This document shows positions 1-9,830 of a DNA stretch of 48,589 bases, one piece after another (the stretch's first letter is position 1; every line of letters begins with the position of its first letter). The translations under genes were made by a program, and so were the position numbers. Where the stretch lies: the IMG/VR virus record IMGVR_UViG_3300025012_000032; one strand, given 5' to 3'. The notes beneath the pieces are model-generated. The model made no database searches and was not told where the DNA came from. It saw nothing but the letters and a program-made list of their open reading frames with translations. This DNA is from a virus. Lineage: Duplodnaviria > Heunggongvirae > Uroviricota > Caudoviricetes.

Positions 1-1
1 A

Positions 2-892
2 GAAAATAAAGAAGAAAGTGAAAAATTAGCTAATGTAATCTTACTAAACAAAAGAGTTCGTGAGAAAGCAGAAGTAAACAGGAAAAACATTAAAAAAGAA
101 TTAGAAGAAAAAATCACCAATCAATCCAATAGACCAGCTAAATTTGAATCATGTAGAAGTAAAATTCCTTCAGAAATTAAGTTTACATTAATCGAAGGAG
201 ATTCTAGTTTAGGTAGTGTTAAATTAGCTAGAAATTCTTATGATACCAGTATATTACCATTAAAAGGAAAACCTATAAACCCTTTTAAAAGTAAATTAGA
301 TAAACTATTAAACAATGAAGAAATTAAAACAATTTTTAAGATATTAGGTTGTGGTATGGAATATAAAGGACATTCTATAAAAGGCATTCCTAAATTCAAT
401 ATTGATAATTTACAAGTAAGCAGAATACAAATTGCTACAGATTTTGACTATGACGGATATCATATTCAATCATTGTTAATAGGAATATTCTATACTTTAG
501 CTCCCGAACTATTAAAACAAGGAAAAATTTATATTCTTTACACACCCTTATATGTCATAAAAACAAATAAAAAAGTAATGCATAAAAATGAAACTACAGA
601 TACAATATTAGCTTATAGCGAACAAGAAAAAGGTGAAATTGTTACAAAATTGAATGAAAGTAATATTACATTTAAAGCAAAACGATTTAAAGGATTAGGT
701 GGTTTGTCAGTTCCAATCATGTCAAAAGCTTTAAGCGAAGAACACATAATTCTTAAACAGTTAACTATGAATGATGTTGAAGAAAGCAAAAAATGGTTAG
801 AGTTATTTTTATCAGAAGAGAAATTAAAAGACAGAAAAGAATATATTGAAACTAATGGTAATAAATATTTTGATTATTCTTTATTTGAATAG
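2..892 (+). CDS. gyrB: Type IIA topoisomerase subunit B (GyrB/ParE family), 5'-truncated by the window edge
   Basis: The frame is open from base 2. It has the Toprim motifs LIEGDSS, LPLKGKPIN and IATDFDYDGYHI, plus RFKGLG. The ORF track starts at an internal Met (356). Confidence 0.93.
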   Translation, partial: ENKEESEKLANVILLNKRVREKAEVNRKNIKKELEEKITNQSNRPAKFESCRSKIPSEIKFTLIEGDSSLGSVKLARNSYDTSILPLKGKPINPFKSKLDKLLNNEEIKTIFKILGCGMEYKGHSIKGIPKFNIDNLQVSRIQIATDFDYDGYHIQSLLIGIFYTLAPELLKQGKIYILYTPLYVIKTNKKVMHKNETTDTILAYSEQEKGEIVTKLNESNITFKAKRFKGLGGLSVPIMSKALSEEHIILKQLTMNDVEESKKWLELFLSEEKLKDRKEYIETNGNKYFDYSLFE

Positions 893-905
893 AGGAGTGT
901 TTTAA

Positions 906-3110
906 TTGGCAGATATCACAAACATAGAATCAGGAATACATGCTAAAGAATCATATATGCAATATGCTATGAGCACAATATTAGATAGAGCATTACCTGA
1001 TGTCAGAGATGGATTTAAGCCAGTACATAGAAGAATACTTTATTCCATGTATGAATCTAAAATAACATATAATGAAGACATGGCTAAAACCACCGAACCT
1101 GTTGCAGAAACAATGAAAATTCATCATCATGGAGATACTTCAATTTCAGAAGCAATTGCTTTAATGACAGAGCAAAATGAATCTTTATTGCACCCATATA
1201 TTGATGGAGAAGGAACATTTGGGAAAGTATATTTAAAATGTAAACCTTCGGCTGCTAGGTACACATATTGCAGATTAAATAAATTTTCAGAAGAATTTTT
1301 TAAAGATATAAAAAGTGGCATAATTCAATTGATTGGAGAAGATAAAAAACATTTACAACCAGTTGTTTTAAGTGCTAGTTTTCCTAATATTCTTATAAAA
1401 AATAATGAAGGGATTGCCTGTGGGGTAGCTTGTAATTTCCCAAGTTTTAATTTATCAGAAGTATGTGATACAACAATTGCATATATTAAAGATAAAGAAA
1501 TTAATTTACTTGATACATTAAAAGCTATGGATTTTTCATCAGGAGAAGAATTAATTTACAATGAGAATGAATTAAATAAGATATACACTACAGGCAGAGG
1601 GTCTATTTTATTAAGATCAAAATACATCTATGATGAAAAAAACAATTGCATAGATATATATAAAATACCATATAGTACAACTGCGGATGCTATTATTTCA
1701 AAAATAACTGAATTGATGAAAAATGATAGCAGTTTAAAAGATATTTTAGATATAAGAGATGAAACTGGATTTAATAAAAAAACTCAAAAAGAAGAACTAA
1801 AAATAACAATTGATGTAAAAAAGAATACCAATATTTCTTTATTAATGAAAAAATTATTTAAAAAAACTCCATTACAATCATGCTTTTCTGCAAATATGAA
1901 TTGTTTGGTTGATTTTAAACCTAAAGTATTAGGAATAAAGCAAATACTTGATGAATGGCTTAAATTTAGAACAGAATGTATAACTAAAGGGTTGAAATAC
2001 AATATTGATAATTTATCGGATAAATTATATATTCTTAAAGGGTTAGAAAGTGTTTTGCTAAATGTTGATAATGTAATTGACATTGTTAAAAACTCAAAAA
2101 CAGATGATATAATTATAAGTAAATTGATGTCAAGTTTAAATATAAGCAAAGAACAAGCTGAATATATTGCAGACATTAAATTAAGAAACATAAATAAAAA
2201 CTATATTCTTAATAAAATCAAAGATATTGAAATCCTAGAGCAAAATATCAATGATTTAAAATATCAACATGATAATAAAGATGAAATTAATAAAATCATT
2301 GTTAATGAATTAGAAAGAATTAAGAAAACATATGGAATACCTCGTAAAACAGAGATAGTTTATGATGATGTGATGGAAAATGTTTCTGAGGATGTACTAA
2401 TTGAGGATTATAATATTAGATACTATCTCACTAATGATGGTTATTTAAAGAAAATTCCTTTGACATCATTAAGAGGGACTTCTGAACATAAATTAAAAGA
2501 AAAAGATTTTATCATATCTGAAATTGATTCAATTAATAAATCCGATTTAATTTTGCTGTCTGATAAAGGGATAGCATATAAACTAAAATCACATGAATTA
2601 CCAGATACTAAAATATCTAATCAAGGTGAATATTTACCAAATATCATCAATCTAGATAAAGATGAAAAAATTATCTATATGATTTCTACAACTAATTATT
2701 CGGGTTATCTATTAATCGCCTTTAAAAATGGTAAGATTACTAAGATTGATTTATCTTCATATGCAACAAAAACAAATAGAAGTAAATTAATTAATGCTTA
2801 TAGTACAGATAGTGAAATTGTAAATATGTTGCATTTAGAAAAAGATATTGATTTATTGTGTAAGAGTAGTATTAATAAAGTGTTGATTATTAATACTGAA
2901 CAAATTGCTGTAAAATCAAGTAAAATGTCAGTGGGGGTTAGTGTAATGAAAAGTAAGAATGAGAGTTATATGGATTTATGTGTGCCAGTTGATTGGATTG
3001 ATGTTGAGGGATTTAGTGGATTAGATGGTATTGAGTATTATAAGGGGAATATTAATTCTATTGGTAATTATTTGAGAAAAGGGGATAGTGTTAATGTTGC
3101 TGTAAAGTAA
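906..3110 (+). CDS. gyrA: Type IIA topoisomerase subunit A (GyrA/ParC family)
   Basis: RALPDVRDGFKPVHRR, HHHGDTSI and catalytic SAARYT, then C-terminal pinwheel-like repeats. TTG start with AGGAG RBS. No canonical GyrA box seen, so gyrase versus topo IV is unresolved. Confidence 0.93.
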   Translation: MADITNIESGIHAKESYMQYAMSTILDRALPDVRDGFKPVHRRILYSMYESKITYNEDMAKTTEPVAETMKIHHHGDTSISEAIALMTEQNESLLHPYIDGEGTFGKVYLKCKPSAARYTYCRLNKFSEEFFKDIKSGIIQLIGEDKKHLQPVVLSASFPNILIKNNEGIACGVACNFPSFNLSEVCDTTIAYIKDKEINLLDTLKAMDFSSGEELIYNENELNKIYTTGRGSILLRSKYIYDEKNNCIDIYKIPYSTTADAIISKITELMKNDSSLKDILDIRDETGFNKKTQKEELKITIDVKKNTNISLLMKKLFKKTPLQSCFSANMNCLVDFKPKVLGIKQILDEWLKFRTECITKGLKYNIDNLSDKLYILKGLESVLLNVDNVIDIVKNSKTDDIIISKLMSSLNISKEQAEYIADIKLRNINKNYILNKIKDIEILEQNINDLKYQHDNKDEINKIIVNELERIKKTYGIPRKTEIVYDDVMENVSEDVLIEDYNIRYYLTNDGYLKKIPLTSLRGTSEHKLKEKDFIISEIDSINKSDLILLSDKGIAYKLKSHELPDTKISNQGEYLPNIINLDKDEKIIYMISTTNYSGYLLIAFKNGKITKIDLSSYATKTNRSKLINAYSTDSEIVNMLHLEKDIDLLCKSSINKVLIINTEQIAVKSSKMSVGVSVMKSKNESYMDLCVPVDWIDVEGFSGLDGIEYYKGNINSIGNYLRKGDSVNVAVK

Positions 3111-3122
3111 GAAATAATTTTA

Positions 3123-3151
3123 TTGAAATAAGTTGTTTGGTGTGGTATAAT
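3123..3151 (+). promoter_or_regulatory. Sigma-A-type promoter of the thyX operon
   Basis: TTGAAA-17 bp-TATAAT with TG extension. Confidence 0.7.
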
Positions 3152-3212
3152 TTTAGTAGGTTGATATATGTAAGTTGGAAATAATAAATTAAAGAAAGAG
3201 GAAGATTAGATA

Positions 3213-3857
3213 ATGACAATTAGAATAATTCGAGCAACGCCAGATCCATTATCATTAATGGGAGAATGTGCTAGTCTTTGTTGGAATAGCACTCCTTCAA
3301 TACAAATAGGAATTGATTGTATAGAATCTGGACATGGACGCACACTTGAATATCCAGATGTAATTGTTGAAATAGATGGTTATTCTGCAAGAATGATTAG
3401 AGAATTATATACAAAGATCATCGGTGTTACACGTTTGCAAGCATCAACTAGATATATAAATTATAAAGAATTTGATTATTATATTCCTGAGTCTATCAAA
3501 AATAATGACTATGCTTATGAAGAATATATTCAATTTATGAACAATGTGCAAAATACATATCAATATCTGCTTGAACAAAACATTCCTAAAGAAGACATTG
3601 CAAACATATTGCCATTGGCTATACATAGTAAAGTAATTCTTAAAATCAATGCTAGAGCGATTGTTGATATGGCTTTGGTAAGATTGTGTACAAGAGCGTT
3701 AAAAGAATATAGAGAATTTATGGTTGAATTACTTGATGTAGTTGGAAGTGTTAATAGCGAATGGAATAAGATTATGAGTTATGCTAAACCAAAATGTGAA
3801 GTTTATGGATTCTGCGGAGAAAAAAATAGTTGTGGGAGGTATGCTAATAAATGTTAA
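3213..3857 (+). CDS. thyX: FAD-dependent thymidylate synthase ThyX (variant motif)
   Basis: IESGHGRTLEYP, RELYT...RLQASTRY, AnILP and RLCTRA..EYR...PKC fit the ThyX architecture. Confidence 0.88.
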   Translation: MTIRIIRATPDPLSLMGECASLCWNSTPSIQIGIDCIESGHGRTLEYPDVIVEIDGYSARMIRELYTKIIGVTRLQASTRYINYKEFDYYIPESIKNNDYAYEEYIQFMNNVQNTYQYLLEQNIPKEDIANILPLAIHSKVILKINARAIVDMALVRLCTRALKEYREFMVELLDVVGSVNSEWNKIMSYAKPKCEVYGFCGEKNSCGRYANKC

Positions 3858-4381
3858 TTATTTTAGTAAGTGGAAAATCCAACTCTGGTAAAGGGGAAGT
3901 ATCTAAAAAATTAGAACAACTTCTAAAATCCAAAAACAAACATGTAATTAGATGTAGTTTATCAACATACATAAGAGAATTAACAAAAAATGATTTTTAT
4001 TGGAATGGAATAGACACATTAGAAAGTCGTATATTTATGGGAGAAGTTTATAGAGTGGGCACAGACTTCTATTCTCATCATATGGCAAGAAGAGTATGGG
4101 AAAGAGATATTGAACCTTTTGCTAATAAAGATACAATAGCAATAATAGAAAGTTTCCGTGAAAAGGTTAATTATGATTATTTTGTTGAACTTTGGAAAGA
4201 AAAAATAATTAATGATATTATTACAATAAGAGTTGTTAGACCTAGTTTTAATGTGATACAAGATGAAGAATTTGAACAACATGTTTCTGAATCAGATTTA
4301 GATGATTTTCCATTTGACTATGTTATTGAAAATAGTGGAACAGTTGAGGAGTTAGATGAAAAGTTAAAGGAGATGTTTTAA
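3851..4381 (+). CDS. P-loop nucleotide kinase (phage dNMP kinase / phosphomevalonate-kinase-like)
   Basis: N-terminal VSGKSNSGKG and C-terminal HVSESDLDDFPFDYVIENSGT; lies in a nucleotide-metabolism operon. Confidence 0.7.
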   Translation: MLIILVSGKSNSGKGEVSKKLEQLLKSKNKHVIRCSLSTYIRELTKNDFYWNGIDTLESRIFMGEVYRVGTDFYSHHMARRVWERDIEPFANKDTIAIIESFREKVNYDYFVELWKEKIINDIITIRVVRPSFNVIQDEEFEQHVSESDLDDFPFDYVIENSGTVEELDEKLKEMF

Positions 4382-4809
4382 TGAATAATAAATTTAAATG
4401 TTATTTGGCAGGTAAAGTTACTGGTATTTCTTACGAAGAAGCCAACACATGGCGAATCAACGCAGAAAGATTGCTAAGAATATCATCTGATAATCAAATA
4501 CATACAATAAATCCCGTAGATTTCTATAACTTCAATATGAATCCAAATACATATACAGAGAATGAAATTAAGAAATTCGATTTACATATGGTAAAAAGAA
4601 GCGATTTAACTATAGTTAATCTTGATTTCTCTGATAGTATTGGCACTGCAATGGAAATTTGTATGGCACATGATGTATGGGATAAACCAGTTATTGGATT
4701 TGGTAAAAATAAATCTCATCCTTGGATGGAATTGTGTATTACAAAAAGATGTGAAACTTTAGAAGAAGCGGTTAGATATATCGTTGATTATTACTTACCA
4801 AATATTTAA
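4381..4809 (+). CDS. Nucleoside 2-deoxyribosyltransferase-like protein
   Basis: CYLAGK...INPVDF...DLHMVKRSD...SIGTAME...KPVIG pattern. Confidence 0.8.
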   Translation: MNNKFKCYLAGKVTGISYEEANTWRINAERLLRISSDNQIHTINPVDFYNFNMNPNTYTENEIKKFDLHMVKRSDLTIVNLDFSDSIGTAMEICMAHDVWDKPVIGFGKNKSHPWMELCITKRCETLEEAVRYIVDYYLPNI

Positions 4810-4850
4810 GAAAATAAATTACTATATATAAATAATAAAAGGAGAATTAA

Positions 4851-5273
4851 ATGAAGGAAGATTATAAGGAAATACATAAAATGTGTAACATGTGCGAGAG
4901 GGCAAAGAGTAGTTCTTGTAATTTCCCATGTAATGATTATGCAGATTATATGTATAATCAATCATTGAAAAATAATATTGGCGAATCTGAAAGTAATAAA
5001 AGTAATAATGGTAATGTCATTTGAAACATCCTTGAATATGATGTTTCAAATGACATATGGATTAAGTTTATTAATAAAGAAATTCCAATTATAGAAATAC
5101 TGGATGAAAATTCATTATATGACTATCTTGAAACGGAAAATGAAAAATATTGCAAACAAGAGGGAATTTGTCCTGAGTGCAGAGGAAATCTTGTTCTAAA
5201 GGTGGAATATGAGGAGATATGGGGATCAAAAAGAGAATCAGAAAGATATTTAGTTTGTGAGAATGGATGCTAA
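4851..5273 (+). pseudogene. Cys-rich hypothetical reading frame interrupted by an in-frame TGA at 5022-5024 (or two small genes)
   Basis: RBS and ATG at 4851. The same frame stays open after the TGA to TAA at 5271-5273 and encodes CPECRG...VCENGC. Missed by the ORF track. Confidence 0.45.
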
Positions 5274-5319
5274 TAATAAAATTAATATATTAAATAATAT
5301 TTGAAAGAAGGAAAACAAG

Positions 5320-5691
5320 ATGAGTAAAATTAAACAATTCAAATGCAAAAATACCACTAATACTAACAATATCAAATATCAGGTTAGATTTGGAGTACAA
5401 TTAAATAATAATGAAGATGAATCAGGAGTTTTCGCAAAACCTGAATATTATGCATCACTTGAAAAAGCGAAAGCTGAAGTAATGAATATATTTAATGATG
5501 ATATTAAGGTAATGTTTCCTGATGCTACACATGATGGATTATTCATGACAAAAGATATAAAATGTGAGTGTTGCGGTGAAAATGTTAGTTCTGTAAAATA
5601 TAGTAATGGAGGGATGCAATTGTTTGGGAGAATTGATGGGGTATTAGGTAATGGTCAAGGTGAATTTTTCATTGATATTGTGGAAGGTTAG
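5320..5691 (+). CDS. Hypothetical protein (CECCG motif)
   Basis: 123 aa ORF with GAAGG RBS. Confidence 0.7.
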   Translation: MSKIKQFKCKNTTNTNNIKYQVRFGVQLNNNEDESGVFAKPEYYASLEKAKAEVMNIFNDDIKVMFPDATHDGLFMTKDIKCECCGENVSSVKYSNGGMQLFGRIDGVLGNGQGEFFIDIVEG

Positions 5692-5706
5692 GGGTAATTA
5701 GTTTGC

Positions 5707-5732
5707 AAGGGTGCTGAAAGGCATCCTTCTTT
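5707..5732 (+). terminator. Rho-independent terminator
   Basis: AAGGGTGC/GCATCCTT hairpin followed by a T-rich tail. Confidence 0.6.
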
Positions 5733-5762
5733 GAAATTGTTAAATTAATAAATAATATTTGT

Positions 5763-5791
5763 TTGACATATACTATAATTTATGGTATAAT
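5763..5791 (+). promoter_or_regulatory. Consensus sigma-A promoter
   Basis: TTGACA-17 bp-TATAAT with TG extension. Confidence 0.85.
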
Positions 5792-5829
5792 GTTAGTGGA
5801 GAGATATAATATAAGAAGGAGGTTAGGAT

Positions 5830-7560
5830 ATGTTAATTACAAAAGAAGTTGAAGTTGAATTAAATTCAAAAACTATTACGTTATTTGAAAATAAAGGTTA
5901 TAATATACCAAAAATAATGAATAGGAGAAAAAAATTAATTGTAAAAAGAGGAACAAAGATTATTATAAAAGTTGAAGACTTATCTGATAAATCTATGGTT
6001 TTAGTAGACATTGAATGTGACGGATGTGGCGAGATATTAGAAAATATAGCATGGCAATTCTATAATAAATATGTAAAAGAAAATGGTAAATACTATTGTG
6101 TAAAATGCGCACAAAATGGATACAAAAAATACACTTCATTTTATGAATGGTGTTATATTAATTTATCTAAAGAAGATGCTGATTTAATAATGTTAAGATG
6201 GGATTACGAATTAAATGTTGATAAGAATGGAAAAATATTAAGTCCCCAAACCACTACTTATGGTTCTCATGGCTTAAAGGAAAGAGGGTATTGGTTTAAA
6301 TGTCTTGAGCATCCCGAACACAAATCGGAACAAAAGCGCATTAAAGACTTTACTAATGGACATGTAGGTAGTATTACTTGCAATCAATGTAATTCTATCT
6401 CAATTACTCATCCTTATTTGGTGAAATATTTAATAAATAAAGAAGATGCATTAAAGTATACAGTTTATGCAAATACAAAAATACCTATGAAATGTCCTGA
6501 ATGTGGATTTGAAAAAGAAACGTCTCTTAATACTTTAGTAAGCCAAGGGTTTGGTTGCAATAGTTGTGGAGATGGTATAAGTTACCCAGAAAAGTTTGTA
6601 GTAAATGTATTGGAACAGTTAAATAAAATTTTTAAACCCCAATTAACTAAAACAACTTTTAAGTGGTGTGGTAAATATAAATATGATAATTATATAGAAA
6701 AAATAAATTGTATTATAGAAACTCATGGAAATCAGCATTATGAAGAACGTACAACTGGTAGATGGAATAAGTCATTAAAAGAAACCCAAGAGAACGATTT
6801 CGATAAGGAATGGTTGGCTAGAAGTAATAATATTAAAAATTACATAATTTTAGATTGTAGAGAATCAGATATGAACTGGATAAAAAATAGTATTATGAAT
6901 AGTAAGTTACCTCAGTTATTAGATTTTAAAGAAAAGGATATAGATTGGTTGAAGTGTAATGAGTGGGCATGTAATAGTATGGTTAAAGAAGTTAGTAATT
7001 TGTGGAATATTGGCATAAAAAGCACATTAGAAATAAAACAAAGATTAAAATTAAGTAAGAGTTCAGTTGTAAGATATCTCAATCAAGGTGCATTGTTAGG
7101 ATGGTGTGATTATAATGGTAACGAGGAAAGAAGAAAAAGAGTATGTAAAAAAATAATATGTTTATTTAATAATGAAATATTTGAAAGTATAACCACAGCA
7201 TCTAATAAATACAATATAGAAGATAGCGATATAAGTAAATGTTGTAGCGGTAAATGTAAATCAGCAGGAATACACCCAGATACGAAAGAAAAAATGGTTT
7301 GGATGTACTATGAAGAATATATTTTAAAAACAGAAGGAGAAATTATTAAAATATTAAGTGACGCTCAAGACAAAAAAATAATATGTTTAAACGATGGAGA
7401 AATTTTCAATTCCACAATAGAAGCATCTTTAAAGTATCAAATTTCTCCATCTAGTATATCTAATTGTTGTCATCATCGTCAAAAGTCAGGAGGAATTCAT
7501 CATATTACAGGTGAAAAACTTGTATGGATGTTCTACAATGAGCATATTTTAACAATTTAG
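5830..7560 (+). CDS. Free-standing endonuclease-like protein: Zn-ribbon repeats + PD-(D/E)xK (DUF559/Vsr-like) domain + two NUMOD1-like DNA-binding repeats
   Basis: Multiple CxxC pairs; YKYDNYI...IIETHGNQHY nuclease motif; two C-terminal KKIICL..EIF.S...AS.KY.I..S.IS.CC repeats. Confidence 0.8.
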   Translation: MLITKEVEVELNSKTITLFENKGYNIPKIMNRRKKLIVKRGTKIIIKVEDLSDKSMVLVDIECDGCGEILENIAWQFYNKYVKENGKYYCVKCAQNGYKKYTSFYEWCYINLSKEDADLIMLRWDYELNVDKNGKILSPQTTTYGSHGLKERGYWFKCLEHPEHKSEQKRIKDFTNGHVGSITCNQCNSISITHPYLVKYLINKEDALKYTVYANTKIPMKCPECGFEKETSLNTLVSQGFGCNSCGDGISYPEKFVVNVLEQLNKIFKPQLTKTTFKWCGKYKYDNYIEKINCIIETHGNQHYEERTTGRWNKSLKETQENDFDKEWLARSNNIKNYIILDCRESDMNWIKNSIMNSKLPQLLDFKEKDIDWLKCNEWACNSMVKEVSNLWNIGIKSTLEIKQRLKLSKSSVVRYLNQGALLGWCDYNGNEERRKRVCKKIICLFNNEIFESITTASNKYNIEDSDISKCCSGKCKSAGIHPDTKEKMVWMYYEEYILKTEGEIIKILSDAQDKKIICLNDGEIFNSTIEASLKYQISPSSISNCCHHRQKSGGIHHITGEKLVWMFYNEHILTI

Positions 7561-7589
7561 GTGCAATTTAAAACTTAGTTTTGGTTATT

Positions 7590-8399
7590 TTATAAATAAA
7601 ACTTCTCATATTTATCTACCTTGCTCTGTTTTACAGAAGATGATCTATAATGATAGTCGAAATATGATTTATCGCTTGAAATAAAATCACGTAATATCTT
7701 CTTAACAAATCCGAATATGTTTTTAATATAAGTTTTGGAATTATAACAAATGTGTAAAGCTTCTTTTAATTGATCGCTAGTTGCTTTAACAGACATAGCA
7801 ATTCTATACAAACTAATTCCCTCATAAGAATTTGGATCAATATTACTATCCTTCAGAACATTTAAGAAACTTAAATCTTTTATCTCATCTTTCCAAAATT
7901 CTTCTTTTGCAATCTTCTTAGCCTCTGAATCCATACATACATTATTAGATAATTGTGTATTATATGTAATGATAGGGACATCTTGTTCTACTTCTTGGAC
8001 ATCTTGTCTTTTTTTATCCACAGGTTTAGAGGGGATTGGAACACCCAATAATCCATATAAAACATCTAAATCAATCCTATATGATTTTCCATGATACCAA
8101 TCTTTAGATTCAAACTGTTCTGAGATAAGAACTTTCTTATTCTCTAAATCCTTAATTGCTCTTTGAATCGTCTTGACTGATTTATTGAGTTCTAAGGCCC
8201 ACTCATTTACAGTCTTATAAACCCATAAGAAACCATCTCTATGCTTAGTTGCTCTGTTTAACCAGTATTTTAAACGAGATAGTAATTCAGCTTGGGTCTG
8301 ACCAAAAACATTAACTACAGTAGGTTGAACAATAATAGGCATTTCATTAGGAATAATTAAATCTAGCATGATTAAAAACCTTCTTTCAGCATTTTTCAT
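7590..8399 (-). CDS. Replication initiator-like protein with N-terminal winged HTH (likely start 8369)
   Basis: LLSRLKYW...WVYKTVNEWALELNKSVKTIQRAIKDLE...YRIDLD matches phage/plasmid replisome-organizer wHTH proteins; adjacent to DnaA boxes and par genes. Confidence 0.72.
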   Translation of the reverse strand: MKNAERRFLIMLDLIIPNEMPIIVQPTVVNVFGQTQAELLSRLKYWLNRATKHRDGFLWVYKTVNEWALELNKSVKTIQRAIKDLENKKVLISEQFESKDWYHGKSYRIDLDVLYGLLGVPIPSKPVDKKRQDVQEVEQDVPIITYNTQLSNNVCMDSEAKKIAKEEFWKDEIKDLSFLNVLKDSNIDPNSYEGISLYRIAMSVKATSDQLKEALHICYNSKTYIKNIFGFVKKILRDFISSDKSYFDYHYRSSSVKQSKVDKYEKFYL

Positions 8400-8454
8400 A
8401 GCAATGCTGAAGACTACTGTTTACAAATTTTTAAAATCATGATAAAATGACTTA

Positions 8455-8535
8455 AAGAATTTAATACGAGTCTTCAGGGGTCTCCTAGTTTAGTGATGTG
8501 TCGCCACAACTCAAGCACTAACTAGGAGATTTTTT
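8455..8535 (+). ncRNA. Candidate counter-transcribed antisense RNA to the rep leader
   Basis: Promoter TTTACA(8420)-17-TAAAAT(8443), no ORF, ends in hairpin TCTCCTAGTT/AACTAGGAGA plus T6. Confidence 0.6.
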
Positions 8536-8680
8536 CATTACCTATTCAATTTGATTAATTTTACTCAACAAAAAAGTTAGTAGCATGTACATCTCTGCAA
8601 CACTACTAACTTTGAAATCCTTAATCTAATTTATCATCTAAAGACTTGATTTTCTTAATGTCTTTAGTTATAATAATCTT

Positions 8681-8760
8681 AAGAACTAAAAGCTTAATGT
8701 TGGTTCAGAACATTTTGCTAAAAGAAAAACTTGATCTTTGCAAGAGGTCAGGTTTTTCGC
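8681..8760 (+). ncRNA. Second candidate small RNA antisense to the rep upstream region
   Basis: Promoter TTGATT(8646)-17-TATAAT(8669) and terminator-like hairpin at 8724-8758. Confidence 0.45.
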
Positions 8761-8802
8761 ATTTATTGAGTTAATTTGATTTTTGATTTGATTGAGTTAT
8801 AT

Positions 8803-8828
8803 ATTCGACAGGTTGATACAAATCTCCT
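8803..8828 (-). promoter_or_regulatory. Sigma-H-like promoter pointing toward rep
   Basis: Minus strand AGGA-18 bp-GAAT (gaAGGAgattt...gtcGAATat). Confidence 0.5.
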
Positions 8829-8855
8829 TCTGATTAAGTATCATATCACAAATTA

Positions 8856-8901
8856 TTATCCACAGGAATAGGTTTAAGAAAATTTATCCACATGTTGATA
8901 A
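8856..8901. promoter_or_regulatory. DnaA-box cluster (putative plasmid-type origin)
   Basis: TTATCCACA at 8856 and 8884, inverted 1-mismatch box at 8893-8901, and another perfect box inside rep at 8014. Confidence 0.7.
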
Positions 8902-8931
8902 CTCATAAGGCCAACAATAAAACGAAAAAAT

Positions 8932-8967
8932 AAGCACTATCCAGTTAATTTTGGATAGTGCTTTTTC
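8932..8967. terminator. Bidirectional terminator
   Basis: AAGCACTATCCA/TGGATAGTGCTT inverted repeat flanked by A and T runs. Confidence 0.75.
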
Positions 8968-8981
8968 TATTTAAAACTATT

Positions 8982-9803
8982 TTACCTTACACTCACTGGC
9001 AACCATATTTTCTCCTTAATTTCCAATCTTTCACTTTCCTTTTTCATCTCACTAATCCTATTATCACACTCATCTTTCATTTCTTGTCTTAACACCCTCA
9101 ATTCCAACATATAACTTTCTCTCAATTCACTAATTTCCTTAATTCTATCTTGTTTTGATTCAACCAATTGCCCTTCTAAAAATACTGATCTAGCATCGGA
9201 TTCCTTTAATTGAAGTTGTAAATATTTATTGGAATCTTCCATTTCACCAATTGAAAACTCTAATTCATCTACAGACCCAATTCTTTTCTTTATCTCTTCA
9301 TTTTCTAATCGTAATGTCTCAATCAAATAATTTGAGTTATTATGTCCGGCCTCTAACTCAATATTTCTTTTGGATAAAGTCTCCGACTTATCTTCTGCTT
9401 CTTTTTTTGCTTTATCAGAATCTTTTTTGCTATTCTCAGCAATATCAATTCTTTCTCTTAGAGAGTCTAATGTTGTCTTAAAATCATTAGTCAATGTTTG
9501 AACTGTTTCCATATGAAATCTTTTTTGGTCTGCTTCACTGCGAGTAATTTCAGTAAACATTTGGACAATTCTTTCTACATGCTCTTTTACTTTTATCATT
9601 TGAGGAGTTATGAGTTCAGATATTCCACCTGATTCTGTTTCTAATTGATCTTTCTTTAGTCTGATGACATCAAGCAATAAGTCTTTTGATGTTAAACCCG
9701 TGCGAGTTTGAAGTGCGACCCATTCATTTTTACCATCTTCATTGTCTAGTCGGATTGAAAGTGATGGTGAGGATGCTCTTCGAGTGTCTTCAGATTCATT
9801 CAT
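8982..9803 (-). CDS. KfrA-like protein: short N-terminal DNA-binding (RHH-like) domain plus long coiled coil
   Basis: SLSIRLD...EWVALQTRTGLTSKDLLLDVI followed by about 200 aa of heptad E/K/L-rich sequence; divergent from parM. Confidence 0.55.
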   Translation of the reverse strand: MNESEDTRRASSPSLSIRLDNEDGKNEWVALQTRTGLTSKDLLLDVIRLKKDQLETESGGISELITPQMIKVKEHVERIVQMFTEITRSEADQKRFHMETVQTLTNDFKTTLDSLRERIDIAENSKKDSDKAKKEAEDKSETLSKRNIELEAGHNNSNYLIETLRLENEEIKKRIGSVDELEFSIGEMEDSNKYLQLQLKESDARSVFLEGQLVESKQDRIKEISELRESYMLELRVLRQEMKDECDNRISEMKKESERLEIKEKIWLPVSVR

Positions 9804-9830
9804 GATTTAGTGCCTCCTTTGAGGTTTAAT

